Assembly (NCBI RefSeq): GCF_049075655.1
Contig: NZ_CP157522.1
Coordinates: 640,001-704,000, forward strand
Length of the DNA stretch: 64,000 nt
Source of the DNA: Methanothermococcus sp. Ax23
Lineage (GTDB): Archaea > AGJL01 > Methanococci > Methanococcales > Methanococcaceae
Direction: 5' to 3'
Part shown: positions 35,081 to 45,018 of the stretch, one piece after another
How positions within the stretch are numbered: position 1 is the first letter of the stretch
Layout: each line of letters starts with the position of its first letter
The notes under the pieces: model-generated
Seen by the model: only the letters and a program-made list of their open reading frames with translations
Database searches by the model: none
What the model was told of the DNA's origin: nothing
Position numbers and translations under genes: made by a program

Positions 35081-35754
35081 TTATTTTTTTCCTTATATAA
35101 ATTATAAATGTATTCATTCCATTTTAACCACATTTCAGAAGTATCTTTATTTACTTCGCTAAATCCCATAGTAATATAATAATTTCCTATTTTTCTATAA
35201 TAGCAGTAGCTTATTGGTGTGCTGTTCTCATATTCGGATGAGTAAGTGTATTTATAATAATCCCCATATTTAAAGTGCAATTCAGTTTTTGAAACTTTTA
35301 TATATTCTGGATTGTCTAAATTTGGTTTGTAGTTTCTCACATCAAAATTTATTACATTTCCATTTTTAATGTATGTCTTTATTTTTCCCTTTTTGTATCC
35401 TTCTGATATGTCGAGGACATTTGAATATGGTAAGTCCATAAATAAATCATCCAATGGAACATTTTTTGAATAATCTACATAAATTATATCATCTGAATTG
35501 TTGTTGGTGAATTCATTTTCGTTGGTGGTTATGTTGAGCTCATTATTTTCATTATTATTGTTTGTATGACTTACATTATTATTTATAGAATAATTATTAA
35601 TTGATGTATTTATGTAATTAAAATTATTTAAATTATTATTTCGGTTGTTATCTGCTGTTGTGTGGAATTTGTCGAATACAACATAACCTCCCAACAATAA
35701 GACAGCCAATGAGAGAATTAATATTAATATATCCTTGGACGATGGAAAAGCCAT
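35077..35754 (-). CDS. Membrane-anchored hypothetical protein with an Asn-rich linker
   Basis: N-terminal TM helix followed by a low-complexity Asn tract and a globular domain. Confidence 0.7.
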   Translation of the reverse strand: MAFPSSKDILILILSLAVLLLGGYVVFDKFHTTADNNRNNNLNNFNYINTSINNYSINNNVSHTNNNNENNELNITTNENEFTNNNSDDIIYVDYSKNVPLDDLFMDLPYSNVLDISEGYKKGKIKTYIKNGNVINFDVRNYKPNLDNPEYIKVSKTELHFKYGDYYKYTYSSEYENSTPISYCYYRKIGNYYITMGFSEVNKDTSEMWLKWNEYIYNLYKEKNN

Positions 35755-35807
35755 AATATCACAGTTTTATTATTTTAATACTTTTCCCCCTCATCTATTG
35801 CATTATA

Positions 35808-36287
35808 TTAATTTTTAATATTTTTTAAATCGTTTATAAGTGAATTAAAGGAATAATAAGGTATATTTTTTATTTGGACTTTATCTTTTACTTTATCTTT
35901 AAATATATCTACTAATTCTTCATCATATTTTATAGTGTATTGGGCAATATCGGAGCTCCTAACTCTTATTCCAACGCCCACACGGTGTATGGCACCAGGT
36001 AGTTTTAAATATATTGTAATAAATTTATCGGGATATACTGCAATAAGAGATACTTCGTTCCATTTAAACAGTTTAAGCCGAGTTTTTATGCCCTCATCTG
36101 TGATTATAATTTTTTTACTGCTGAGGCTGTATGTTATTATCAAGAATACTAAAAATACCATTACTGCAATAACAACTGATGCTGTTAAATCCCCCGTAAA
36201 AATATACAGCATAATTGTTGATTGAATAACACATGTTATTATAACATACTTTAAATGTTCCACATAAATGCTTGCTGTTTTATACAT
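35808..36287 (-). CDS. Small 2-TM membrane protein, paralog of 37465-37938
   Basis: Two TM helices, then KKIIITDEGIK...FKWNEV...IAQYTIKYDE. Start set to MYKTAS. Confidence 0.7.
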   Translation of the reverse strand: MYKTASIYVEHLKYVIITCVIQSTIMLYIFTGDLTASVVIAVMVFLVFLIITYSLSSKKIIITDEGIKTRLKLFKWNEVSLIAVYPDKFITIYLKLPGAIHRVGVGIRVRSSDIAQYTIKYDEELVDIFKDKVKDKVQIKNIPYYSFNSLINDLKNIKN

Positions 36288-36348
36288 GTTCCCCCTCATG
36301 CAAAATGGTTATAAAATAGCAAAAATATAAATAAATGTATATATTTAA

Positions 36349-37449
36349 TTATTCCAAAACTAACGCCTTTAACTCTTCGGGTCTGTGGAGCTCACCACCG
36401 ATTTTATCACTAAGCACCACATCGCATTTAGCGTATTTCATTACCTCTCCAACAATCTGACCTAAATTCATTTCAGGAACTATGATTTTTGAAGCCTTTA
36501 AGTTTTTTATGAGCTCATCAGGGAATGGATAAACTGTAATCAATCTAATATATCCTACATCATGCCCTTCTTTTCTCATTTCCTCAACAAGATATTTTAC
36601 AGTTCTTGAAGGTGTTCCATAGCATATAAACATGGTTTCGCTGTCAATATATTTTGCTTCGTATTTTATAATGTCGTCTTTATTGTTTAGTATTTTGTTG
36701 CAAATCCTTTTTACCAGTTTTTCATGGGTTTCAGATGATACATCAGGATATCCTCTTTCATCATGGGTTAAACCTGTAATATGAACATTGTACCCTTCTC
36801 CAAATATTGGCATTTCAGGAACTTCTTTGTCAAATGGGTATGGTTTTTTACATGGTTTTTCTTCTGGAAGAGCTCTGTTTATTATAGGAATATTATCATG
36901 TAAAACTACCTTTTCCCTCATATGCCCTACAATCTCATCAGCCATAATAAAAACTGGAATTCTGTATTTTTCCGCATAGTTAAACGCCATAATCGTATAG
37001 TCATACATCTCCTGAACAGATGATGGTGCCAATGCTATTGGCTCGTAATCACCATGACTTCCCCATCTTATTTGCATCATATCTCCCTGACTTGCATAGG
37101 TTGGCTGACCTGTTGAAGGTCCTCCTCTCTGAATATCCACTATTACGCAGGGAGTTTCGGTCATAAAGGCATATCCTATGTTTTCCATCATTAAGCTTAA
37201 TCCCGGACCTGATGTTGCTGTCATGGATTTTAAGCCGCCCCAACTTGCACCGATAACACATGCTATACTTCCGATTTCATCCTCCATCTGAACATAATTT
37301 CCTCCAAACTTTGGGAGCTCCCTAGCCATACCTTCGGCTATCTCTGTTGATGGTGTAATTGGATAACCTCCAAAAAATTTACAACCTGCTTTGAGAGCTC
37401 CTTTTACACATGCTAAGTTTCCCTGAATAAATTCCACATTATCAGCCAA
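36349..37449 (-). CDS. korA: 2-oxoglutarate:ferredoxin oxidoreductase alpha subunit
   Basis: GYPITPSTE, QMEDEIG, TATSGPG, QRGGPSTG, VPEMNLGQ. Confidence 0.9.
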   Translation of the reverse strand: MADNVEFIQGNLACVKGALKAGCKFFGGYPITPSTEIAEGMARELPKFGGNYVQMEDEIGSIACVIGASWGGLKSMTATSGPGLSLMMENIGYAFMTETPCVIVDIQRGGPSTGQPTYASQGDMMQIRWGSHGDYEPIALAPSSVQEMYDYTIMAFNYAEKYRIPVFIMADEIVGHMREKVVLHDNIPIINRALPEEKPCKKPYPFDKEVPEMPIFGEGYNVHITGLTHDERGYPDVSSETHEKLVKRICNKILNNKDDIIKYEAKYIDSETMFICYGTPSRTVKYLVEEMRKEGHDVGYIRLITVYPFPDELIKNLKASKIIVPEMNLGQIVGEVMKYAKCDVVLSDKIGGELHRPEELKALVLE

Positions 37450-37464
37450 AGTATCACCTTATTT

Positions 37465-37938
37465 TTATTTTTTTAAACTTTTCATAAATCTATCTAAATC
37501 CTGATAATCCGTATAAGTAATCTTATTTTTGATTTTATCATTAAATAGTTTTATAATATTTTCATCATATTTAATCATATATTCAGCAACATTTGACAAT
37601 TTTGTCTTCACATAGCGATATTTGTAATATTTACCCATTTTCTTAGATACTATAATTTTAATTATTATATATTGATTTGGGCATATTATAACGCATTTTA
37701 CATCTTTCCATTTATATATCTTATTTCTTATTTTAATTCCTTCATCGTTTAGAATTATCGGTTTTTTTGATATAATATATCCTGCGATACCATAAATCAA
37801 TCCCATAATTGACACAAACAGGAATGAGCTCATGTAATCCCCAGTTGTAATATAAAGTCCCGCCCAAAATACAAAAAGTATCCATATAAATAAAAATTCC
37901 CAATTTGGTAGAAGTGTGGTGTATCCTTTATATTCCAT
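37465..37938 (-). CDS. Small 2-TM membrane protein, paralog of 35808-36287
   Basis: Two TM helices, then KPIILNDEGIK...YKWKDV...VAEYMIKYDE. Confidence 0.7.
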   Translation of the reverse strand: MEYKGYTTLLPNWEFLFIWILFVFWAGLYITTGDYMSSFLFVSIMGLIYGIAGYIISKKPIILNDEGIKIRNKIYKWKDVKCVIICPNQYIIIKIIVSKKMGKYYKYRYVKTKLSNVAEYMIKYDENIIKLFNDKIKNKITYTDYQDLDRFMKSLKK

Positions 37939-37956
37939 AACACCCCTCCCGCATTA

Positions 37957-38877
37957 TTATTTACCTACAACATACTTATATACGACATCTAACTTCTCCT
38001 TTATTCCGTATTTTTTGAAATATCTTAAAATATTTTCCAAATCCCTCTTTAAATAATATTCAGTATTTACTTTAAATTCTCCCGGTAGTTTATCCAATTT
38101 TAATTTTATATCATTTTCATCTTTTATTTTTATCGCCTGCGGGAAGTCAATTATTAGGAAATTTCCATCTTCATCAATTAATATGTTAAATTCGCTTAAA
38201 TCTCCGTGAATATATCCGAGCTCATACATTTTCTTTACTTCGTCTATTATATCCCAAAACAATTTGTTAATATCTATGTCCAATTGGTTTAAATCCACTC
38301 TTTTTAATTCATCCCCTTCCATTTTTCCAATAATTAATGCATGTCTATTTTGCTCAATTGGTTCTGGGACTTTTACAATTGGGAACAAATCACTTAATAC
38401 TTCAAATTCCTTTTCCGCCGTTAATCTTGAAGCATATAACCAACTGATATGTCGTTTATCTGCCAAATAGCTCCTGTATCTCTTTCCCCTTGTGAAGCAT
38501 GTTCTCCCTAAATTATGGAATTTTAAAACTGCTTCCCTGTTGTTGCTTAATAGGACATTATAAACATCCCCTTCTTTTCCAACGCCTAATTTTCCGCCTA
38601 TTGCAGTAATGATTCCTTTTTTAATAAATGCATTTAATGCCAATGCATCATATCCTTTATGGGAGAGTCTATAACCATAGCTACTTCTATTTATGAGTTT
38701 GAACTTATCCAGTATTTTTAACCTGTATAATACCTCTTTTTTATCGAGCTTTGTTTTCTTAATTATTTCAGGCAATGGAACCCATTCATAATACCTCATT
38801 GATACTTCAATGATTTTTAAAACTCTCCAATCATCTTCTTTCATTTCCTGCAATGTGTTGATTAATTTTTCTATGAT
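37957..38877 (-). CDS. rio2: RIO2-type Ser/Thr kinase (probable ATC start at 38877; ORF track uses TTG at 38853)
   Basis: N-terminal wHTH, GYDALAL, GVGKEGDVY, HGDLSEFN, IIDFPQ. Confidence 0.9.
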   Translation of the reverse strand: MIEKLINTLQEMKEDDWRVLKIIEVSMRYYEWVPLPEIIKKTKLDKKEVLYRLKILDKFKLINRSSYGYRLSHKGYDALALNAFIKKGIITAIGGKLGVGKEGDVYNVLLSNNREAVLKFHNLGRTCFTRGKRYRSYLADKRHISWLYASRLTAEKEFEVLSDLFPIVKVPEPIEQNRHALIIGKMEGDELKRVDLNQLDIDINKLFWDIIDEVKKMYELGYIHGDLSEFNILIDEDGNFLIIDFPQAIKIKDENDIKLKLDKLPGEFKVNTEYYLKRDLENILRYFKKYGIKEKLDVVYKYVVGK

Positions 38878-39038
38878 GATTGCACCTCCATAGTAATCTA
38901 TAAAATGTAGTTTTATATTAATTTAATAATAATTTTTATAATGTCTATTTACGTACTTATTTTATTTATTTTATAAATGTTTATCAATTTAAAATAAAAA
39001 ACTTATAGTGATTATCTGTTTAATGATATATTATTACC

Positions 39039-39608
39039 TTGGTGGTTAAATTGTTTTCTAAATTTATAAATCATCTGATAAAAAATTTGGAGGTTTTGAA
39101 GGAATTTGACGAGAATTTAATAAATATTCTTATAAATAATATCATATCCACTAAATGTGAAAAATCCAAGATATTTATATATGGGGTTGGGAGAAGTGGG
39201 TATGTGGGAATGGCTTTTGCTATGAGGTTAATGCATTTGGGATTCAATTCACATTTTATTGGAGAATCAACCTGTCCGGCTATTGCAGATAATGATTTAC
39301 TAATAGTTATATCTGGAAGCGGTAAAACATGCTCAGTAGTTAATGTATTAAAAAAGGCAAATGAACTTAAAAATGAGAAGTATAATAATTTAAAAATAGT
39401 TTCAATTAGCTGTAAAAAGGAAAACACTATAAAAGAATTATCTGATATGCACCTTCATCTAGAAATCCACAATGATAAGTGCTTTCCAATGGGGACATTA
39501 TTTGAAGAGATTGTGTTTATATTTTTAGATGGAATTATATATTTATTAATGGAGAGATTGGATATTTCTGAAAATGAAATGAAAAAAAGACACTGTAATT
39601 TGCAGTAA
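39039..39608 (+). CDS. hxlB: 6-phospho-3-hexuloisomerase (SIS domain)
   Basis: IYGVGRSG, FAMRLMHLG, ISGSGKT, PMGTLFE, HCNLQ. Confidence 0.9.
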   Translation: MVVKLFSKFINHLIKNLEVLKEFDENLINILINNIISTKCEKSKIFIYGVGRSGYVGMAFAMRLMHLGFNSHFIGESTCPAIADNDLLIVISGSGKTCSVVNVLKKANELKNEKYNNLKIVSISCKKENTIKELSDMHLHLEIHNDKCFPMGTLFEEIVFIFLDGIIYLLMERLDISENEMKKRHCNLQ

Positions 39609-39728
39609 TTATAAAAGTAAAATAAATAAAATAAATATAAAAACTGAAAAATATAAAAAATTAAAAAAATATTAAATAATATTATAAATTATTTTTAAAT
39701 ATATTATAAAAAAGGAAATGGTGAATTT

Positions 39729-40814
39729 ATGAAATTTGGATGGATATTGGCAAACAATGAAGATTGGGAAGAAAGAAAAGAAACTGTGAAAGATGCTCTT
39801 GAAAGCTCAATTCCTGCGGTCATGGTTCCAAAGAATGACATTGAAAAAGTAAGGGAGCTCGGAAATATAAAAATTATTTCAAATGATTTAGATGCAGATA
39901 TTGTAGTAATAAATAAAGATGAAGATTTGGATATACTTTTCAACGCAAAAAAGCTTGGAAAAGAAACTGGCGTTTATGTATCCATAGAAAGCAAGGATGA
40001 TGAAGAATACGCTTCAGAAGTAAGTAGATACGATTATGTTGATTACATAATTTTGGAAGGAAAGGACTGGACAATTATTCCATTGGAAAATCTTATAGCA
40101 GATTTATTCAATGAAAATATAAAAATCGTATCTGTGGCAAACAATATTGAAGATGCAAAAACAGCTTATGAAATACTTGAAAAAGGTGTAGATGGAGTTC
40201 TTTTAGCTCCAAAGGATACCAACGATGTTAAGGACTTTTCAAGGTTAATAGAGAAAATGAATTCCGAAAAACTAAAATTGGAATACGCAGTTATAAAAAA
40301 GGTTGAGCCTGTTGGTAGTGGCGATAGGGTATGTATTGACACATGCTCAATGATGGAGCTCGGAGAAGGTATGTTGATAGGTTCCTATTCAAGAGGCTTG
40401 TTTTTAGTGCATTCAGAAACAGTGGAAAACCCTTATGTTGCTACAAGACCATTTAGAGTAAATGCAGGACCTGTTCATGCATATATATTATGTCCGGGAA
40501 ACAGAACAAGATATTTAAGTGAGTTGAAGGCAGGAGATAGCATATTGATAGTTGATAAGGATGGAATGACAAGAGAAGGTATCGTTGGCAGAGTAAAAAT
40601 AGAGAAAAGACCTTTAATGCTCATAGAGGCAGAATATAGTGGGGATATAATAAGAACAATATTGCAGAATGCCGAAACCATTAGGCTTGTTGGAGAAGAT
40701 GGGAAACCAATCTCAGTGGTTGATTTAAAAGAAGGGGATAAAGTTTTAATAAAAGCAGATGAAAATGCGAGACACTTTGGAATGGCGATAAAAGAAACAA
40801 TCATTGAGAAATGA
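39729..40814 (+). CDS. 3-dehydroquinate synthase II (AroB')
   Basis: WTIIPLENLIA, GDRVCIDTCS, RPFRVNAGPVHAY, LQNAETI, ARHFG. Confidence 0.93.
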   Translation: MKFGWILANNEDWEERKETVKDALESSIPAVMVPKNDIEKVRELGNIKIISNDLDADIVVINKDEDLDILFNAKKLGKETGVYVSIESKDDEEYASEVSRYDYVDYIILEGKDWTIIPLENLIADLFNENIKIVSVANNIEDAKTAYEILEKGVDGVLLAPKDTNDVKDFSRLIEKMNSEKLKLEYAVIKKVEPVGSGDRVCIDTCSMMELGEGMLIGSYSRGLFLVHSETVENPYVATRPFRVNAGPVHAYILCPGNRTRYLSELKAGDSILIVDKDGMTREGIVGRVKIEKRPLMLIEAEYSGDIIRTILQNAETIRLVGEDGKPISVVDLKEGDKVLIKADENARHFGMAIKETIIEK

Positions 40815-40883
40815 CTATAAATTTATATTAATATTTTTACTATTTTTTATTTTATAATTTATAACATATATTCATAAGATGTA

Positions 40884-41657
40884 TTGTGTGGTGTGATGAT
40901 GGTGTTTATTGGAGATGTTGAAAAAAGATTGAATAAAATCCTGGAAGAAGAAGGAGCTCTATATTTTATACTAATAGACCCTGATGAAAAAAATTGTATT
41001 GATATAGCAAAAAAGGTAAAAGATTACGCTGATGCCATAATAATGGGAGGTAGCATAGGTATTACTAATTTAAATGAAATTACAAAAGAAATTAAAGAAA
41101 TAGTTGGGGATATTCCTATTATTTTGTTCCCTGGCAATGTGGATGGTTTGACGCCCCATGCAGACGCTGTTTTTTTCATGTCTTTAATGAATTCAAATAA
41201 CACCTACTGGACAACTATGGCACCTACATTGGGGGCAATTACTGTTAAAAAATACAATTTGGAAGCAATACCTATGGCATATTTGGGAATCGAACCTATT
41301 AAAAGAACCGCCGTTGGTTTTGTAGGTGAAGTGAATGAGATACCGCAGAGAAAGCCAGAAATAGCAGGAATGTATTGTCTATCTGCTAAATACTTTGGTA
41401 TGAGGTGGGCATATTTAGAGGCAGGAAGTGGTGCTGAGTTCCCTGTAAGCAATGAAATGATAGCAATATCAAAAAAATTAAGTGGAATAAATATCATTGT
41501 GGGTGGAGGTATAAGGACGCCAGAAGTAGCATATCAAAAGGTTTTAAGCGGTGCCGATGCTATAGTTACGGGAACTCTCATTGAAGATAATCCCGATGCA
41601 GTAAAAGAGATGAGAGATGCCATAAAAAAGGCAGGAATGGAGAAATTAAAAAAATAA
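40884..41657 (+). CDS. Geranylgeranylglyceryl phosphate synthase (PcrB family)
   Basis: LIDPD, IMGGS, ILFPG, YLEAGSGA, VGGGIR. True start is probably a few codons downstream. Confidence 0.92.
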   Translation: MCGVMMVFIGDVEKRLNKILEEEGALYFILIDPDEKNCIDIAKKVKDYADAIIMGGSIGITNLNEITKEIKEIVGDIPIILFPGNVDGLTPHADAVFFMSLMNSNNTYWTTMAPTLGAITVKKYNLEAIPMAYLGIEPIKRTAVGFVGEVNEIPQRKPEIAGMYCLSAKYFGMRWAYLEAGSGAEFPVSNEMIAISKKLSGINIIVGGGIRTPEVAYQKVLSGADAIVTGTLIEDNPDAVKEMRDAIKKAGMEKLKK

Positions 41658-41825
41658 AGATAATTATTTTTCATTATTTCTTGTTGTTACTTTATTTTAA
41701 ATTTTTTTAATTTTCAAATTTTGTAATTGGCATTACTCTATTTTATCGACAAAATCAATTCGTAATTTATATATGGGGGCAATTACATATATTATACATT
41801 ATATATGGTGCTATTTGGTGGTAAT

Positions 41826-43103
41826 ATGAATAAAACTCTATTGTTGATACTTTGCCTGTTTGGGTCTATTGTGTGCGTAAATGGGGAATTCTATTCAGAT
41901 ACATTGAGTAACATACATCCAGATACTACGAAATACCAAATATCGTGGGTTCATACATTACCGAGCAATTGCACAAATATTACTTCTTTAACAATTAAAA
42001 TTAAGGCTTATGATGTAGATAAGTCAAATTATATCCCAGTATCAATAAATGGGATACAGATAGGTTATTTAAATGGGGGATATAATAATCAATGGGACAC
42101 CACAACACTAACCCCTGATGCAAATACTTTAAAACAAATTTCAGATACTCATCCATCATCATTAACTGTATATGTTGAGTCTAAATCTGATGATTGGGTA
42201 GGGGTAGATACATCGGAGCTCTCCATTGAATATGTAGTTGATGAGGCAGTATTAAATGGTGTATATTATGATACTCGGGAAGAAGTGCATCCTGATACAA
42301 CATATAACCCGATTACATGGACACATAATTTACCTGATAATTATTCTAAAATTACAAAGATGGTATTTATAATGCAAGCTTATGATGTAGATAGGGCAAA
42401 TTATATCCCTGTATATGTAAATTATGCTCATAAATTAGGGTATTTGTCAGGAGGAAACAATGTATGGTCATATAATTCATTCGTAGTATCCGATGAAGAT
42501 ACCCTGATAGCTATTACAAACAATAACACAGCTAAAATTATCAGTATACTTGTAGTACCTGATAAGAATGACTGGGTTGGAATTGGGAACGCGTCATTAT
42601 CTGTTGAATACGAAAGTGGAACAAATACTCATTCAACATATATAGATTCGAAAGATGATATTTCAGATACTGTGCCAAATACAATTACATGGACGCATGA
42701 GTTAGCCAGTACTGAAAATATTACCTCCATAACCTTTGTAATACAGGCACATGATGTAGATAGGGCAAATTATGTCCCGGTATATGCAAATAATGTATCA
42801 TTGGGATACTTGGTTGGTAATTCGTCGTATGATAATATGGATTCAATAACGACATTCGAAGTTACGGGTAGTGATATTGATACTATCGTTGGTAATTCGA
42901 CAATCATAACCATGAGGGTTGAGCCAGATAGTCATGATTGGGTAGGTATTCGTCATGCAGAGATGATTGTGCAGTATGATGGCGTAATAATTCCAAATAA
43001 TAATGGAGAGGAAATCCCCCCTGTAAAAACCCCAATACCATTATTTGCAATAATATTAACAATAGCATTTATGTCTTCAATAATCTATTATAAAATAAAA
43101 TAA
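41826..43103 (+). CDS. Secreted surface protein with three ~120 aa repeats and a PIP-CTERM-like sorting signal
   Basis: Signal peptide MNKTLLLILCLFGSIVCVNG; three repeats WxHxL...AyDVDxxNYIPV...GYL...DWVG; C-terminus KTPIP + TM + YYKIK. Confidence 0.8.
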   Translation: MNKTLLLILCLFGSIVCVNGEFYSDTLSNIHPDTTKYQISWVHTLPSNCTNITSLTIKIKAYDVDKSNYIPVSINGIQIGYLNGGYNNQWDTTTLTPDANTLKQISDTHPSSLTVYVESKSDDWVGVDTSELSIEYVVDEAVLNGVYYDTREEVHPDTTYNPITWTHNLPDNYSKITKMVFIMQAYDVDRANYIPVYVNYAHKLGYLSGGNNVWSYNSFVVSDEDTLIAITNNNTAKIISILVVPDKNDWVGIGNASLSVEYESGTNTHSTYIDSKDDISDTVPNTITWTHELASTENITSITFVIQAHDVDRANYVPVYANNVSLGYLVGNSSYDNMDSITTFEVTGSDIDTIVGNSTIITMRVEPDSHDWVGIRHAEMIVQYDGVIIPNNNGEEIPPVKTPIPLFAIILTIAFMSSIIYYKIK

Positions 43104-43158
43104 TAAGACATAAAAACTATTCAATATTCTTTATTTTTTATTTTAGTGCTTTTTAATA

Positions 43159-44967
43159 CTATTTGACTTCTATTTTTCCATTATTCCATTCGATATATTG
43201 ATTACCAGTTTTTGATAAGTCCAATATTGGAATCCTTGCAGGTGTTGGATGGATACCCATTTTTTTCTGGAAATCAGTTTGTTCTTGGAATGTTCCACTA
43301 TTTACCATCACAGTTCCTTTATAGAGACCATGTCCATTTATGTGAATATGTCCTGTATGGAATATGTCCGGCTCATTGTGTATTACCAAATAATCCTCAT
43401 GCTCAGGAGCAATTGGGCATCTTCCCCCATAGGTTGGACATAGGTGTCTTCTTTTTAGGAGCTCCTTCATAATGGATGTTGGGTCAGTATATTTTGCCGA
43501 GGAAATCTGACCTATTACATCATCAAAGCTCCTACCGTGGTATAGTAAGAAATCCAAACCATGAACATTTGCAAATCCCGGATTGCTTAAAAATGTGATG
43601 TTATCCAATCCATCAAATAGCTTTAAAATTCTTTCAGGAAATATTGGCTGGGGTTCAGCAGGTCTAAGGGCATCGTGGTTTCCAGGGGATATTATTATAT
43701 GGATGTGTTCAGGAATCTGTTCAAAATATGTTGCAATTTCTTTATACTGAGATATAATATCCACATCATATAAATCATACTCTTGACCAGGATATATACC
43801 AACACCATCCACTAAATCCCCGGCGATTGATATATATTTTAATCTACTGGCTATTTTTTCCTCTAATCCACTATTTACATTTCCATTTAAAAATTCTATA
43901 AATTTTCTAAATGATTTCTCTAAAAACTCATAGCTTCCAACGTGAATATCTGATAAAAATGCAGTATATATTTTTTCGTCGATACTTCTTGGTTTTTTTG
44001 GTGTAATATCTGGTCTTATACATTCGTTTGCAAACATTACATTCCCACTATCGGGTATAAATCCACTAAATCCCACAACCTCGTCGAGTAGTATGTCATC
44101 AGGCAAATCTCCGCTTGCAATTTTATCCTTCATCATAATTACTGTGAAACTTGTATTTTCATCTTCTATCTCTACTCTTTTATGACCTTTTTTTGTGGAG
44201 CTCACATCGGATACAATACCAACAACAAATACATCACTTTCTTTTTTAAGTTTATAGACTTTATTTAATGGGTATGCTTTCCTACTGACTTTTCTTTCAA
44301 TCATTGCCTTAATTTTAATATATCTATCCCTAAAATATTTTACAAAGTCATCAATGGTTCCTTCACATGTGGATTTTCCAGATATGTCCCATTCATCATA
44401 TACTTTAATTTTAGCTTCGATATCCTTGGATATATAGTTTATTCTTTTGTTTATGCTGTTTCTTATGGATTTTATCTCGGTAAGTCGTTTTTCTCTTTCC
44501 TTTTCCAATATATCTAATCTTTCTGATTCTTCTGACTGGGATTTTAATATTTCTTCAATTTTATCTTCGTCTATATTTGCAGGCATTTGGTGCTTTATTT
44601 CTTTTTTAGGTTCAGGTTTAGACTCGGATTTAGATTCAATTTCAAGGATTTGGTTTTTTGCTGATGCATCAATTTCTTCTTCTGTATTATTTTTAAATTT
44701 ATTTAAATTGTCAGTTTCTAAATTAGCATCAGGACTATAATATGCTAAAAAATCAAAATCTCCATAATTTTTTTTAATTTCGTCCAAACTATGATTTAAA
44801 AAAATGTCTAAAAAATGGGCATCCAGCAGTATAAATTTATTATTTATATCTTTAAATTCTTTAATTTTATTAATTAAATTATCTCTTTCATTTTCAGAGA
44901 TTTTTTTAATCCTATTGTAGGAGCTCGGCGATAGTAAAACTTCAATATCTAAAAAATCGTTAATCAT
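43159..44967 (-). CDS. polB: DNA polymerase D (II) small subunit DP1
   Basis: OB fold and calcineurin-like motifs SDIHVGS, AGDLVDG, PGNHD, YHGRS, HTGHIH, NSGTFQEQT. Confidence 0.95.
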   Translation of the reverse strand: MINDFLDIEVLLSPSSYNRIKKISENERDNLINKIKEFKDINNKFILLDAHFLDIFLNHSLDEIKKNYGDFDFLAYYSPDANLETDNLNKFKNNTEEEIDASAKNQILEIESKSESKPEPKKEIKHQMPANIDEDKIEEILKSQSEESERLDILEKEREKRLTEIKSIRNSINKRINYISKDIEAKIKVYDEWDISGKSTCEGTIDDFVKYFRDRYIKIKAMIERKVSRKAYPLNKVYKLKKESDVFVVGIVSDVSSTKKGHKRVEIEDENTSFTVIMMKDKIASGDLPDDILLDEVVGFSGFIPDSGNVMFANECIRPDITPKKPRSIDEKIYTAFLSDIHVGSYEFLEKSFRKFIEFLNGNVNSGLEEKIASRLKYISIAGDLVDGVGIYPGQEYDLYDVDIISQYKEIATYFEQIPEHIHIIISPGNHDALRPAEPQPIFPERILKLFDGLDNITFLSNPGFANVHGLDFLLYHGRSFDDVIGQISSAKYTDPTSIMKELLKRRHLCPTYGGRCPIAPEHEDYLVIHNEPDIFHTGHIHINGHGLYKGTVMVNSGTFQEQTDFQKKMGIHPTPARIPILDLSKTGNQYIEWNNGKIEVK

Positions 44968-45018
44968 AGTTTCCCTTATAAATTTTAAATTTTTATATTA
45001 TTTTTGTTTTTATTTATT

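Noticed and set aside
35500-35650. AAT/AAC-rich tract
   Set aside because: Encodes an ordinary Asn-rich linker of a membrane-anchored protein.
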